Below the pieces are notes generated by a model. It did no database searches, was not told where the DNA came from, and saw nothing but the letters and a program-made list of their open reading frames with translations. From assembly GCA_045536135.1 (NCBI GenBank), contig JAZSNA010000025.1, positions 1 through 60,728 of the forward strand: DNA of 60,728 bases, read 5' to 3'. The position numbers were made by a program, and so were the translations under genes. Of this stretch, positions 43,400-52,910 are shown piece after piece. The number at the start of each line of letters is the position of its first letter. The stretch's first letter is position 1. This DNA is from Alphaproteobacteria bacterium (GTDB taxonomy: Bacteria; Pseudomonadota; Alphaproteobacteria; CAAHEQ01; UBA3637).

Positions 43400-43965
43400 G
43401 CAACCTCACTTTTGGTCGATAATAATACCCAGTTATTTTTACCTTTTTTTTCAAAAACCCATAAATCCTTTATTGTGGATAAATTAATGCTGTCCCCTTC
43501 AATGACTTGACCGGCTTTATTCTTTAATGCATTAATTTGTTCGGTTATAAATTCAACTTCAATTTTTTCCGGTTCTAAATTCGTAATCGGCGATATAATT
43601 CGACATTCTTGAAATGAAATTAACGAAAATTCCAGCTGATTTTCATCCTTCTTTCTTTTTTCGACTTCTTCCGAAAGTTTTTTAAAAATTTTTTCGGATA
43701 AAATATTTTTAACTTTAGTTAAATCCCCCAAAGCAAACTGTTGTGTAATTTGATGAAATGCCATTTTAGCACCAATCAAAAAATTATCCGAATCGAATTC
43801 CTTCTTTTTTTGAGCTTTTGCCTTTGTTTCTTCCAATACCATTTTTAACAAACGTTCTTTATCCAATTGCCCATCTACGGGAACTTCTTGTTTTCCCAAT
43901 GTTGAAAAGAGCTTAGCACAAATCACAAAAACAATTATTGCTAAAAATATCCATTCTGCTTGCAT
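43396..43965 (-). CDS. Tim44-like domain protein
   Basis: N-terminal TM, then a Tim44-like C-domain. The internal ATG at 43965 has an AAGGA RBS; divergent from secB, as is typical in alphaproteobacteria. Confidence 0.75.
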   Translation of the reverse strand: MQAEWIFLAIIVFVICAKLFSTLGKQEVPVDGQLDKERLLKMVLEETKAKAQKKKEFDSDNFLIGAKMAFHQITQQFALGDLTKVKNILSEKIFKKLSEEVEKRKKDENQLEFSLISFQECRIISPITNLEPEKIEVEFITEQINALKNKAGQVIEGDSINLSTIKDLWVFEKKGKNNWVLLSTKSEVA

Positions 43966-44033
43966 TTTTATTCCTTTGCTATATAGTATGTAATATAGCT
44001 TTTTTATTAACAAAAAACAACAGGAAAATGAAC

Positions 44034-44456
44034 ATGACAGAAAAACAACAACCTTCAATTCAAATATTACGTCAATATATCAAGGATTTATCTTATGAAG
44101 CGCCGAATCAACCGATTGTCTTAAAAGAGCAACCCAAGATTGATATTAAAATCGATATTGCCACCGCAAAAGCCGATAACAATAATTATATCGTTGATTT
44201 GGTCACCAAAATTACAGCCTCACAGGAAAATAAACAAATTTTTATTTGTGAGTTAACCTATGGGGCTATTGCTCATTTAGAAGTCGAAGAAAAAATGGTT
44301 GAGCCAATTTTATTGGTCGAAATTCCACATTTATTATTCCCATATTCAAGATCTTTGATTTCAACAATCATATCAGAATCGGGATTACCACCCATTAATT
44401 TACAACCGATTAATTTCGCAGCTTTATATCAACAAAAAAAGGCGACTCAACAATGA
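44034..44456 (+). CDS. secB: protein-export chaperone SecB
   Basis: IQILRQYIKDLSYEAPN start typical of SecB; size 140 aa from the ATG at 44034. Confidence 0.85.
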   Translation: MTEKQQPSIQILRQYIKDLSYEAPNQPIVLKEQPKIDIKIDIATAKADNNNYIVDLVTKITASQENKQIFICELTYGAIAHLEVEEKMVEPILLVEIPHLLFPYSRSLISTIISESGLPPINLQPINFAALYQQKKATQQ

Positions 44457-44481
44457 GTCGCTTTTCATTCAAGTTCATGAA

Positions 44482-44838
44482 TTATTTTAAAGCATCTTGA
44501 ACTTTTTTAACGATTGTTTCAAAAGCCGCAGCATCATTCATTGCTAAATCTGCCAAAACTTTACGATCCAATTCGATACCGGCTTTGCTTAATCCATTCA
44601 TAAATATAGAATATTTCAAGCCATAAGCCCGAACACCGGCATTAATCCGAGCAATCCACAATGAGCGGAATGTCGATTTTTTCCGACGACGATCGCGATA
44701 TGCATAAGCCAAGCCTTTTTCAACTTTTTCTTTTGCAACGGTATAAACATTTTTATTCCGACCGCGATATCCTTTTGCTAAATCCAAGATTTTCTTGTGT
44801 TTCGCATGGGCTGTCACACCCCGTTTTACTCTTGCCAT
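44482..44838 (-). CDS. rplT: 50S ribosomal protein L20
   Basis: [18 protein letters not shown]... Confidence 0.95.
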   Translation of the reverse strand: MARVKRGVTAHAKHKKILDLAKGYRGRNKNVYTVAKEKVEKGLAYAYRDRRRKKSTFRSLWIARINAGVRAYGLKYSIFMNGLSKAGIELDRKVLADLAMNDAAAFETIVKKVQDALK

Positions 44839-44851
44839 TGTCTATCCCCCC

Positions 44852-45055
44852 TTATACACCATACGGCAAATAATATGCCTTTGTTGTTTTTGCTGTTGTT
44901 TCATCCATAATTTGAACGCCACGAGCTTTTCTTTTCATGGATTGACTTTTTGTAGATAAACAATGTCTTTTATTAGAAGCATAATTTTTCACTTTTCCGC
45001 TTCCGGTCAGTGAAATCCGTTTTTTAACGGCACTTTTAGTTTTTAATTTGGGCAT
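44852..45055 (-). CDS. rpmI: 50S ribosomal protein L35
   Basis: MPKLKTKSAVKKR... Confidence 0.9.
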   Translation of the reverse strand: MPKLKTKSAVKKRISLTGSGKVKNYASNKRHCLSTKSQSMKRKARGVQIMDETTAKTTKAYYLPYGV

Positions 45056-45166
45056 TTTTATTCCTTTTTTAAAAGTTAATTTTCAAACGGTCAGGCATCC
45101 CAATAATGGCCCGATTCGTTAACCGACTTGTTTTATACACCATTTTTCATAAAAAATCAAGTTTTT

Positions 45167-46213
45167 TTATAATTCTTCATCCAAATCAGACATCATGCTG
45201 ACTTCGGCCATTTTTTCTTTAATTTGAGCACACAAATTTTTCCGAACCAACCGAATCGCCCGACAAATCGCTGATGCATGTGCTTTGGCTCCCGAAGAAC
45301 CATGACTTTTAATTGATATTCCGTTTAATCCGATTAACATGGCACCATTATAACGATTGACATCAATTTTGGCTTTTAGCCGCAACATCGCCGGAATCAT
45401 AAAAATAAAACCGAGTTTAGCCAAGATGCTTTTGGAAAGCATTTGTTTAAACAGATTTTTACACATACGAGCCGTTCCCTCTATCGTTTTAAGAGCCACA
45501 TTACCCGTAAAACCGTCAGAAACAATCACATCACACCGACCGGTTCCGATATCCGTTCCCTCGATAAAACCTTCATATATCATTGTTTTATCATCCATCT
45601 CTTTTAACAAATGAGCGGCTTCACGAATTTCTTCCCGACCCTTAATATCTTCGGAACCAATATTTAACAGACCGACTCGAGGTTTTTCAACCCCCAAAAC
45701 CAAATTGGCATAAACAACCCCCATCATGGCAAATTCAACCAAATTTTGTGCATTTGCTTCGGTATTTGCCCCCAAATCAAGCATAACAAAATCTTTGTTT
45801 GCCGATGTCGGCATAACCGCCACAATCGCCGGACGATCAACGCCGGGAATCATTCCTAAACAAATCTTTGAAATAGCCATTAAAGCACCAGTATTCCCCG
45901 CCGACACAACCGCACCGGCATATCCGTTCCGAACAGATTTAATTGCACGAAAAAGGCTACTTTCCCGCCCGCTACGCAAAGCAACCGACGGTTTTTCATT
46001 TCCCTTAATGACTTGATCTGTATGATGAATTTTATAGGCTGTTTCAGGCAACCGGTACATATCCAATAACGGTTTGACCTTTTTTTCATCACCAAAAATT
46101 AAAAAGAAAACATCCCGATTCTTTTCCCATGCCAATCTAACGCCATGGATAACGGAGTCAGGCGCACTATCTCCACCCATCGCGTCAATGGCTATCACCA
46201 CTTGTTCTGACAT
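45167..46213 (-). CDS. plsX: phosphate acyltransferase PlsX
   Basis: IAIDAMGGD ... SAGNTGA motifs; downstream of rpmF. Confidence 0.95.
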   Translation of the reverse strand: MSEQVVIAIDAMGGDSAPDSVIHGVRLAWEKNRDVFFLIFGDEKKVKPLLDMYRLPETAYKIHHTDQVIKGNEKPSVALRSGRESSLFRAIKSVRNGYAGAVVSAGNTGALMAISKICLGMIPGVDRPAIVAVMPTSANKDFVMLDLGANTEANAQNLVEFAMMGVVYANLVLGVEKPRVGLLNIGSEDIKGREEIREAAHLLKEMDDKTMIYEGFIEGTDIGTGRCDVIVSDGFTGNVALKTIEGTARMCKNLFKQMLSKSILAKLGFIFMIPAMLRLKAKIDVNRYNGAMLIGLNGISIKSHGSSGAKAHASAICRAIRLVRKNLCAQIKEKMAEVSMMSDLDEEL

Positions 46214-46220
46214 GATTTAA

Positions 46221-46403
46221 TTATGCCTTTTTTTCTGATACAACCTGTTTCTTATCATATTGACCACAGGCTTCACAAACATGGTGCGGACGTTTCATTT
46301 CGCCGCAATTAGAACATTCGACCATTGGATTAGCCGATAATGCTTCGTGAGAACGACGCATATTCTTTTTAGATTTCGATGTTTTTTTCTTTGGAGTTGC
46401 CAT
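46221..46403 (-). CDS. rpmF: 50S ribosomal protein L32
   Basis: [19 protein letters not shown] plus a CxxC...CxxC zinc ribbon. Confidence 0.9.
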   Translation of the reverse strand: MATPKKKTSKSKKNMRRSHEALSANPMVECSNCGEMKRPHHVCEACGQYDKKQVVSEKKA

Positions 46404-46638
46404 TTTAATATCCTTTCTTTTATTTTTGTTTTCCCCTTATAGCGACTTTTTACAAAAAAATCAAGTCTTTTTTTACAAATCCTTTACCGTATTCACAACA
46501 GGCGAATTTGTAAAAATCAAATAAAGACTGTAAAATATCACAAACAGAGATAATAAAATAAATTGTCTTTTTGTCATAAAAACCTTTTCTTCTTTACTTT
46601 TTTATGTTATATATCATTTCATACTGAAAGTCAAATTT

Positions 46639-47436
46639 ATGGTTAAAAATTTTGCTCTTTACTCTGTTGAACAGTTTGAAAAAATGCGAATAGTCGGGAA
46701 AATGGCTGCCGAGACCTTGGATTTTATCACGCCCTTTGTCGTCGCCGGTGCCAAAACCGAAGATATCGATGCTTTGCTCGAACAACACATCCGTCAAATG
46801 GGGGCTATCCCGGCAACAATCGGATATCGAGGATATCAAAAAGCCAGCTGTATTTCGGTTAACCATGTCGTTTGTCATGGAATACCGGGCGAAAAATGTC
46901 TGGCAGACGGCGATATCGTTAACATCGATATTACTTTAATATATAATGGATGGTTCGGGGATACCAGTCGGATGTATTATGTCGGCAAACCTTCTATTAA
47001 ATCTAAACGGTTGGTTGAAGTCACTTATGCGACAATGATGGCCGGCATCGAACAAGCCGTTATCGGAAATACCATGGGTGATATCGGACACGCAATGGAA
47101 AAAATCGCCCTTGAAAACGGATATTCAGTTGTTGAAGATTTTTGCGGACATGGAATCGGAACAGCTTTTCATCAATATCCAAATGTTTTAAATTATGGCA
47201 CGCCCGGTGAAGGAGAACCAATCGTCGAAGGAATGATTTTCACTGTTGAGCCTATGGTTAATATCGGTAAAAGTCAAGTCACAACATTAAACGACGGCTG
47301 GACCGTCATTACAAAGGATCGATCTTTGTCGGCTCAATTTGAACACACAATCGGCATCACTAAAAACGGACCGGAAATTTTTACACTTTCCACTAAAAAC
47401 TGGAATTATCCGCCATACGAGGATTATCATGGATAA
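46639..47436 (+). CDS. map: type I methionine aminopeptidase
   Basis: VCHGIP, DIVNIDIT, GHGIG and FTVEP metal-site motifs. Confidence 0.95.
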   Translation: MVKNFALYSVEQFEKMRIVGKMAAETLDFITPFVVAGAKTEDIDALLEQHIRQMGAIPATIGYRGYQKASCISVNHVVCHGIPGEKCLADGDIVNIDITLIYNGWFGDTSRMYYVGKPSIKSKRLVEVTYATMMAGIEQAVIGNTMGDIGHAMEKIALENGYSVVEDFCGHGIGTAFHQYPNVLNYGTPGEGEPIVEGMIFTVEPMVNIGKSQVTTLNDGWTVITKDRSLSAQFEHTIGITKNGPEIFTLSTKNWNYPPYEDYHG

Positions 47437-48103
47437 CACCGGACATCGTGAAAGATTAAGACAAAAAATTTTAAAAGGTCCTCTTGAAATTATTCCGGAT
47501 TACGAATTGTTGGAATATTTCTTAACCTACTCCATTCCCCGAAAAGATACCAAAGAAACGGCGAAAATGTTAATTAAAAACTTTGGATCGTTAAATGAAG
47601 TTTTAAATGCCTCAACTGAACAGTTGGAAGCACAAGCAGGAATAAAGGATAACACTATCGCCCTGTTTAAAACTTTTTTGGAATTATCAAAACGATTATT
47701 GGAAAAAGAACTCACTCAAAAACCAATTTTTGATCATATTGAACAGATATATGATTACTGTTATACTCTGCTTTGTTCGGCGGATAATGAAACCTTTTAT
47801 GTGTTGTATCTGAATTCTAAAAATAAATTGATTTGTTCGGAAAAAATTCGAACCGGAACTGTTAATCATGTTCCCATATACCCTCGGGAAATCGTTCAAC
47901 ATGCGTTAAATAATAATGCCTGCGGTATTATTTTAACTCATAATCATCCCAGCACAGATACTCATCCATCACGGGATGACCTTGAAACAACACTTTATTT
48001 AAAGGATTGTTTGGAAAAATTAAACATTAACTTAATTGATCATATTATTGTATCCAAATCGGGTTGCGTTTCTTTAACCATGATGGGTTATTTAAAACAC
48101 TGA
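47429..48103 (+). CDS. radC: RadC-family JAMM protein
   Basis: MDNTGHRERLRQK start; JAMM motif HNHPS..PSRDD. The ATG at 47429 overlaps the map stop. Confidence 0.85.
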   Translation: MDNTGHRERLRQKILKGPLEIIPDYELLEYFLTYSIPRKDTKETAKMLIKNFGSLNEVLNASTEQLEAQAGIKDNTIALFKTFLELSKRLLEKELTQKPIFDHIEQIYDYCYTLLCSADNETFYVLYLNSKNKLICSEKIRTGTVNHVPIYPREIVQHALNNNACGIILTHNHPSTDTHPSRDDLETTLYLKDCLEKLNINLIDHIIVSKSGCVSLTMMGYLKH

Positions 48104-48173
48104 TAATGGATTAATTCTTTTTATCCCCAACCACAAGCGTTTTAAGTCATTGAAAAGTAATGTATTTTTACAT

Positions 48174-48300
48174 CAAAAAAACCTTGGTTTTTTGCAAGAA
48201 CTTTTTTTCATGATTTAAATATTTTTTTTCTTTTATTTTAAAAGCGTTGTTTTTTCATTTTTTGCCTTTTCGAATATCAAAAAAAACCAAGGTTTTTTTT
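48174..48300. promoter_or_regulatory. candidate invertible promoter element (locus 1): 85-bp core between perfect 20-bp hix-like inverted repeats
   Basis: 48174-48193 AAAAAAAACCTTGGTTTTTT versus 48281-48300 AAAAAACCAAGGTTTTTTTT. A homologous element at 55656-55783 has the opposite orientation relative to its gene. Confidence 0.6.
48192..48220 (+). promoter_or_regulatory. sigma70-like promoter TTGCAA-N17-TTAAAT inside the invertible element, pointing at 48349
   Basis: The -35 abuts the left repeat; the same TTGCAA -35 is used by the predicted tRNA-Ala promoter. The -10 lies in a palindromic ATTTAAAT, so directionality is not certain. Confidence 0.4.
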
Positions 48301-48348
48301 ATACTGTTTTTATTGAGGAAAAAAATAACAAAAAAAAGGAGAATAAAA

Positions 48349-49242
48349 ATGAAAAAACAAAGCGGTCGGAGTATGGTTGAAATGCTGGGAACACTGGCAA
48401 TTATCGGTGTTTTGTCAGTGACGGCATTGACGGGATATAAAATCGCCATGACCAAGAATCGGACAAACAATATTTTATATGATGTGAATTTAGCGATGAA
48501 TGAAATCGCCACTCGGGAATATGGGACCTTGGCGGATGTTGAAGCTGATGTATCCACTTTGGGTGTTAAAACGGAATTTGACATCAGCTATGCCCGATTA
48601 GGGAATACAGAATCAGAAGGTTTTTATATCGTTGTGGATGGTATTACACCGGAAGTTTGTGAAACCTTGCGTTCCAATAAAACCGCTTTTATGGCGAAGA
48701 TCCAACCATATAATGGTGAAGATCCCGCCAATTCATGTGAAGATGCCAATGCAGTCTATATCACATTCCCATACCCACCAATCGAGGGGGGAGAGGTTGC
48801 AGAACCTGCACCTTGTGATTCTGATGAATATTTTAATGGTAGCTGTCTTCCTTGTCCGCCAAATGCAACTTGTGATGGAACAGCCAATGTGATTTGTTCT
48901 GATACCAGTAAGTATTTAAATGCTGCAAGGGGGAGCTGTGAATCTTGCCCATCGGGTGCGACTTGTGACGGAACAAATGTGATTTGTTCGGATACCAGTA
49001 AGTATTTAAATCCTGCATGGGGGAGCTGTCGTTCTTGCCCATCGGATGCGACTTGTAATGGATACACTGGAATTTGTTCGGATACCAGTAAGTATTTCAA
49101 TGCTTTATGGGAGGAGAGTTGTCAACCTTGTCCGGATTATGCCATTTGCGATGGAACAAAAGATGCATCCTGTGATAAAGGATGGTGGAGTGAAGTTGAC
49201 GGGTGTTGCTTTGATGATGATGTTGGTTGTCTATATCTATAA
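48349..49242 (+). CDS. prepilin-like N-domain protein with furin/VSP-like Cys-repeat C-terminal array
   Basis: AAGGAG RBS; MKKQSGRSMVEMLGTLAIIGVLSV (G, E at +5, hydrophobic helix). About 5 CxxCP-x-(D/G/N)ATC(D/N)G units, then the tail CDKGWWSEVDGCCFDDD. Confidence 0.8.
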   Translation: MKKQSGRSMVEMLGTLAIIGVLSVTALTGYKIAMTKNRTNNILYDVNLAMNEIATREYGTLADVEADVSTLGVKTEFDISYARLGNTESEGFYIVVDGITPEVCETLRSNKTAFMAKIQPYNGEDPANSCEDANAVYITFPYPPIEGGEVAEPAPCDSDEYFNGSCLPCPPNATCDGTANVICSDTSKYLNAARGSCESCPSGATCDGTNVICSDTSKYLNPAWGSCRSCPSDATCNGYTGICSDTSKYFNALWEESCQPCPDYAICDGTKDASCDKGWWSEVDGCCFDDDVGCLYL

Positions 49243-49306
49243 CTATTCCGACCTATCAATAAAAAAACGGGGGTGATTCACCCCCGTTTTTATTTCAGTT
49301 AGATTA
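49237..49306. repeat. 70-nt perfect inverted repeat partner of 54351..54420 (3' end plus terminator of the Cys-rich genes)
   Basis: Read directly: CTATAACTATTCCGACCTATCAATAAAAAAACGGGGGTGATTCACCCCCGTTTTTATTTCAGTTAGATTA on + here and on - at 54351-54420. Confidence 0.9.
49262..49291 (+). terminator. rho-independent terminator
   Basis: ACGGGGG-loop-CCCCCGT hairpin followed by a T-run. Confidence 0.7.
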
Positions 49307-49453
49307 TTTTATTTTTTCCCTTCATCAAAGGCTTTAGACGAATATTTCTGTTGTCATGAAACAGGGGAATATTTTGTAAGTGATAATGGATGTTTGCCTT
49401 GTCCGTCGGGGGCGACTTGTAATGGAATAAATTGTACCGGAAGCGGGTGTTAA
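49277..49453 (+). pseudogene. start-less single Cys-repeat module (orphan cassette or gene remnant)
   Basis: The open frame encodes ...DEYFCCHETGEYFVSDNGCLPCPSGATCNGINCTGSGC* with no in-frame ATG/GTG/TTG and no RBS. Confidence 0.5.
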
Positions 49454-49479
49454 TTACATAGATTTACGGTTATAAAAAA

Positions 49480-49500
49480 ATGTCCCGATTTTCGGGACAT
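49480..49500. terminator. bidirectional terminator downstream of groEL
   Basis: ATGTCCCGA-TTT-TCGGGACAT hairpin flanked by A7 and T5. Confidence 0.65.
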
Positions 49501-49523
49501 TTTTTATTATTCGGAATAACTGA

Positions 49524-51167
<1,644 letters not shown>

Positions 51168-51183
51168 TTATACATACTCCCTT

Positions 51184-51471
51184 TTATTCAATAATTCCCA
51201 ACACATCGGATTCACGCATAATTAACAAGCTTTCGCCGTCAATTTTGACTTCGGTTCCCGACCATTTACCAAACAAGACCCGATCGCCTTCTTTTAAAGT
51301 CATGACTGCGATTTTACCGTCTTCATCCCGTCCGCCTGGACCAACCGCCACAACAATACCTTGTGATGGTTTTTCTTTGGCTGTATCCGGAATAATCAAT
51401 CCGCCTTTAGTTTTATTTTCTTCTTCGACCCGTCGAACAACGATGCGGTCCAGTAATGGTTTAAATCTCAT
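51184..51471 (-). CDS. groES: co-chaperonin GroES
   Basis: [14 protein letters not shown]... Confidence 0.95.
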   Translation of the reverse strand: MRFKPLLDRIVVRRVEEENKTKGGLIIPDTAKEKPSQGIVVAVGPGGRDEDGKIAVMTLKEGDRVLFGKWSGTEVKIDGESLLIMRESDVLGIIE

Positions 51472-51502
51472 AGTTTCCTCCCTTTAATGTTTTTGTATCT
51501 AT

Positions 51503-51531
51503 CAAATAGTATGTATTTTTCAAAAAGTCAA
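51503..51531 (-). promoter_or_regulatory. sigma70-like promoter TTGACT-N17-TATTTG for groESL
   Basis: Read on the minus strand; preceded by CCAAGAC. No CIRCE inverted repeat seen. Confidence 0.4.
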
Positions 51532-51630
51532 GTCTTGGCGAAAAAAAAATAAAATATCTATTTATTATTCAAGATATTTTAAAACAACCCTCTTATACCC
51601 ATATCTTTTTTTGAAGAAAGGAGTCTAAAA

Positions 51631-51816
51631 ATGTTTACAAAAATTTGTTTAATTCTTACAATTATCGGTGCTTTAAACTGGGGTCTTATCGGGTTCTTCG
51701 GATTTGATCTGGTCGCCTTTATTTTCGGTACGATGACTTTGCTGTCAAAAACCGTTTATGCCGTTGTCGGCTTATCGGGATTGTGGGTGGCATGGAATGA
51801 GTTGAAAAAAATGTAA
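51631..51816 (+). CDS. DUF378-family small membrane protein
   Basis: LTIIGALNWGLIGFFGFDLV motif; two TM helices. Confidence 0.7.
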   Translation: MFTKICLILTIIGALNWGLIGFFGFDLVAFIFGTMTLLSKTVYAVVGLSGLWVAWNELKKM

Positions 51817-51829
51817 TCATCAAAGAAAT

Positions 51830-51860
51830 AGCCCCCATTGAATGTGGGGGCTATTTTTTT
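51830..51860 (+). terminator. rho-independent terminator
   Basis: AGCCCCCA-loop-TGGGGGCT hairpin plus a T-run. Confidence 0.6.
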
Positions 51861-51919
51861 CTTGATTTCAGTGAAATTTTTTTTTAAAATTCCTTTAAGC
51901 TTATTGGAAAGGATTAAAT

Positions 51920-52639
51920 ATGAAAAAAATTTTAAATTTTATTCAAAATGGAAAAGGATGGGGATTAAAATACCTTTTTTGTTTTGCTTTATTATTTGTA
52001 GGTGGGTTTGGATTATTTGTGCTTCCAAACTTTAAATTTCAAACAATGAATGTGTTAAATGCCATTGTTAATTCTGTATCTGTCATTGAAATACAAGATG
52101 GCGATGTTGTACAACCTTTAAACACAAAACAGACTGTTTATTATCAAAATAGTCCGATATTATATATTGATACAACGGTGGAAGATTTAAATACATCTGA
52201 TTTGGAAAACGGGATTTATCTGAGTCGGGAAAATTTATACATTGTTTCGTCAACCAATCAACAAAAGATGGTAAATGTGACAGAGTTGGAAGGTAATCTG
52301 ACAATCAGCCAAAAAACTTTACCCGAACTATCCGAAAAAATGAATTATATGATGTATGGGGTTATTATCCCGATGATTGTTTTATCATCTTTTGTTTTCT
52401 TGATTGTTAAAATTTTTATTTTAACTTTGATTTCTTATATTTTGACATTTATTTCAAATCAAAAGTTATCATTTGCAGGTCGGATGCGGTTGAATGCTGT
52501 CATTTTTTTAAGTTTGGTATTAATATATGTTCTGTTAAACAGTGTTGGTATTGTTTTGAATTTGACATCATTTTTCGGTATTTCGGTTATTTTGCAATGT
52601 ATATATTTTTTAAGACAAGACTTTTTGGGAAAAGCTTAA
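51920..52639 (+). CDS. multi-pass membrane protein, unknown function
   Basis: Hydrophobic N-terminal and C-terminal helices; no motif recognised. Confidence 0.5.
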   Translation: MKKILNFIQNGKGWGLKYLFCFALLFVGGFGLFVLPNFKFQTMNVLNAIVNSVSVIEIQDGDVVQPLNTKQTVYYQNSPILYIDTTVEDLNTSDLENGIYLSRENLYIVSSTNQQKMVNVTELEGNLTISQKTLPELSEKMNYMMYGVIIPMIVLSSFVFLIVKIFILTLISYILTFISNQKLSFAGRMRLNAVIFLSLVLIYVLLNSVGIVLNLTSFFGISVILQCIYFLRQDFLGKA

Positions 52640-52646
52640 AAAAAAC

Positions 52647-52675
52647 TTGCAATTTATATTCAAATAGGCTATATT
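52647..52675 (+). promoter_or_regulatory. sigma70-like promoter TTGCAA-N17-TATATT for tRNA-Ala
   Basis: Hexamers and spacing read directly; the -10 ends 12 nt before the tRNA 5' end. Confidence 0.5.
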
Positions 52676-52687
52676 GAACTTGCTTTT

Positions 52688-52763
52688 GGGGGTGTAGCTC
52701 AGTTGGGAGAGCGACGCGTTCGCAATGCGTAGGTCAGCGGTTCGATCCCGCTCATCTCCACCA
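52688..52763 (+). tRNA. tRNA-Ala (anticodon CGC), CCA encoded
   Basis: Acceptor GGGGGTG/CATCTCC with G3:U70, anticodon loop TTCGCAA, T-arm AGCGG-TTCGATC-CCGCT. Confidence 0.9.
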
Positions 52764-52808
52764 ATTTTTACTCAACAAAGGTATGACAGATTTGTTTTTA
52801 AAAATTAG

Positions 52809-52837
52809 AGAGGGGGAATTTTTCCCTTCTTTTTTTT
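52809..52837 (+). terminator. rho-independent terminator after tRNA-Ala
   Basis: AGAGGGG/CCCTTCT hairpin (one G:U pair) followed by T7. Confidence 0.5.
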
Positions 52838-52910
52838 GAATCGGATATTGACTTTTGAACAAAGATATCTTAAAAAATAAATAGAGCTTTGTATCATAAG
52901 GAGATTAAAT

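Noticed and set aside
43938-44058. Long N-terminal extensions of the divergent secB (43938) and Tim44-like (44058) ORFs, which overlap each other
   Set aside because: The internal starts (44034 and 43965) have RBS-like purine tracts and give canonical N-termini. The extensions are hydrophobic translations of the shared promoter region.
46594-46878. ORF 46594..46878(-) overlapping the start of map
   Set aside because: It is antisense to a well-supported methionine aminopeptidase gene and has no motif.
48174-48300. Alternative reading of the IR-flanked elements as MITE insertions
   Set aside because: Not favoured. There are only two copies in 60.7 kb, both at the same position relative to paralogous genes, with arm architecture like invertase crossover sites and a promoter inside. 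Target-site duplications cannot be assessed in the A/T tracts, so a genome-wide copy count is still needed.
48247-48348. N-terminal extension of the pilin-like ORF back to 48247 (MFFHFLPFRISKK...)
   Set aside because: The extension translates the A/T tracts of the IR-flanked element. AAGGAG-N7-ATG at 48349 matches the start of the paralog at 55608, and the prepilin-like motif must be N-terminal.
51472-51630. CIRCE (TTAGCACTC-N9-GAGTGCTAA) or a clear RpoH-type promoter upstream of groES
   Set aside because: No CIRCE-like inverted repeat is present. CTTG...CTATTTG has spacing outside what I recall for alphaproteobacterial sigma32 promoters, so only a sigma70-like promoter is reported.
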